A DNA stretch of 349 nucleotides from Escherichia coli. GTDB taxonomy: Bacteria; Pseudomonadota; Gammaproteobacteria; Enterobacterales; Enterobacteriaceae. The stretch is from assembly GCF_003334765.1 (NCBI RefSeq), contig NZ_QOWT01000133.1. One strand, 5' to 3'. A program made the translations under genes and the position numbers. The notes beneath the pieces were generated by a model. The model had not been told where the DNA came from and did no database searches. It saw only the letters and a program-made list of their open reading frames with translations. Of the stretch, positions 1-349 are shown piece after piece. Numbering within the stretch: position 1 is the stretch's first letter; every line of letters starts with the position of its first letter.

Positions 1-225
1 GCTCTGTATCACTGTATTGTCTTCCGGCAACTGATGAGGGCTGGCAGAAGTCGCCGGTGTTTCGGTAGCGTCACGTTTATCCACCACGCGGAGTGAATAA
101 CCGTTTTCAGCGACCTTGTTAATCAGTTCAATGAGATTAACACCATCGACGTCAACGACAATTCGCCCCATGTTCAGCGCCTGCACGTTAACGCTGTCGG
201 CTTCCAGCGTCAGGGCCAGTTTCAT
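1..225 (-). CDS. Hypothetical protein, N-terminal 75 codons (3' end lies beyond window position 1). Compact N-terminal segment followed by a Thr/Pro/Ala/Ser-rich low-complexity stretch. Family not recognised.
   Basis: Minus-strand ATG at complement 223-225, preceded by GGAGG with a 7-nt spacer. An in-frame TAA lies 21 nt upstream of the ATG with no alternative start codon between, so the start is well defined. The frame is open for 75 codons to the window edge: MKLALTLEADSVNVQALNMGRIVVDVDGVNLIELINKVAENGYSLRVVDKRDATETPATSASPHQLPEDNTVIQS. All three plus-strand frames hit stops within the first 100 nt (TGA 32-34, TAG 66-68, TGA 94-96). Codon choice is enterobacterial-like (CTG, GCG, GAA, AAC, CAG). 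Confidence 0.85.
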   Translation of the reverse strand, partial: MKLALTLEADSVNVQALNMGRIVVDVDGVNLIELINKVAENGYSLRVVDKRDATETPATSASPHQLPEDNTVIQS

Positions 226-349
226 TGTTTCGCCTCCGGATGCTTACCCAGAGTAATGTTATTTACTGTTCGGTAATTGTCGCGGGTCATCAGGCCGGTC
301 GCCCTGCGAGCCCGGAGGATATCGATGCTGTTTATTAACTGAGAGCGGG
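222..349 (-). CDS. C-terminal 42 codons of an upstream ORF of unknown function (5' end lies beyond window position 349). Its stop overlaps the downstream start (ATGA).
   Basis: The minus-strand frame is open from the window edge to TGA at complement 222-224: ...RSQLINSIDILRARRATGLMTRDNYRTVNNITLGKHPEAKQ*. The TGA overlaps the downstream ATG by 4 bp (ATGA). The internal ATG at complement 288-290 has no Shine-Dalgarno, so this is more likely the tail of a longer protein than a 22-codon mini-ORF. No competing plus-strand ORF exists. Confidence 0.65.
   Translation of the reverse strand, partial: RSQLINSIDILRARRATGLMTRDNYRTVNNITLGKHPEAKQ
233..237 (-). promoter_or_regulatory. Shine-Dalgarno (ribosome-binding site) for the downstream CDS, embedded in the 3' end of the upstream CDS
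   Basis: Plus-strand CCTCC at 233-237 is GGAGG on the minus strand, followed by the 7-nt spacer CGAAACA and then ATG (complement 223-225). This is a canonical core sequence and spacing. Confidence 0.75.

Noticed and set aside
34-96. Plus-strand ATG at 34-36 opening a 20-codon ORF that ends at TGA 94-96
   Set aside because: It is short, has no Shine-Dalgarno, and is antisense to a much longer well-supported minus-strand ORF. All plus-strand frames are interrupted by stops.
169-171. Internal in-frame ATG (Met19) of the downstream CDS as an alternative start
   Set aside because: It has no Shine-Dalgarno, whereas the ATG at complement 223-225 has a canonical GGAGG with a 7-nt spacer and is the first start after an in-frame stop.
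1-225. Resemblance to the architecture of biotin carboxyl carrier proteins (AccB) or similar carrier proteins, which have a small N-terminal domain followed by a Pro/Ala-rich linker
   Set aside because: This is only an architectural analogy. There is no recognisable sequence similarity to AccB, and no biotinyl or lipoyl attachment motif can be assessed within the window.
260-290. Possible internal sigma-70-like promoter on the minus strand: -10-like TAAATA (complement 260-265) with a weak -35-like ATGACC (complement 285-290)
   Set aside because: The hexamers are poor matches, the spacer of about 19 nt is longer than optimal, and the site lies within coding sequence of a translationally coupled pair. 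Not supportable without transcription start-site data.
288-290. Minus-strand ATG (complement 288-290) as the start of an independent 22-codon ORF (MTRDNYRTVNNITLGKHPEAKQ*)
   Set aside because: The reading frame stays open upstream to the window edge and no ribosome-binding site precedes this ATG, so it is more likely an internal Met of a longer upstream protein.
314-342. Plus-strand GGAGG (314-318) followed 6 nt later by ATG (325-327), opening a mini-ORF ATG CTG TTT ATT AAC TGA (MLFIN*)
   Set aside because: It is only 5 codons long and lies antisense inside the minus-strand coding region. The GGAGG is simply the complement of a CCUCC in the opposite-strand gene, so this is most likely coincidental.
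1-349. Scan for tRNA or ncRNA genes, CRISPR repeats, IS-element inverted repeats, tandem repeats and a rho-independent terminator
   Set aside because: No repeated spacer-repeat units, no terminal inverted repeats and no GC-rich hairpin followed by a U-tract were seen. The window is continuous coding sequence on the minus strand.

Overview
The window is almost entirely coding on the minus strand and holds parts of two co-directional genes whose stop and start overlap by 4 bp (ATGA), which suggests a translationally coupled operon junction. The upstream gene is represented only by its last 42 codons (complement 222-349). The downstream gene starts at a well-supported ATG (complement 223-225) behind a GGAGG Shine-Dalgarno and runs open for 75 codons to the window edge. 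Its product has a compact Val/Asp/Gly-rich N-terminal segment followed by a Thr/Pro/Ala/Ser-rich low-complexity stretch. I cannot confidently assign either protein to a known family from sequence alone, so both are left as hypothetical. The plus strand has stop codons in all three frames within the first 100 nt and carries no credible gene. I see no RNA gene, CRISPR array, mobile-element terminus, tandem repeat or terminator. Codon usage and GC content look enterobacterial-like. Nothing in this 349-nt window by itself establishes a novel system; the findings are modest structural observations that need flanking sequence and homology searches.
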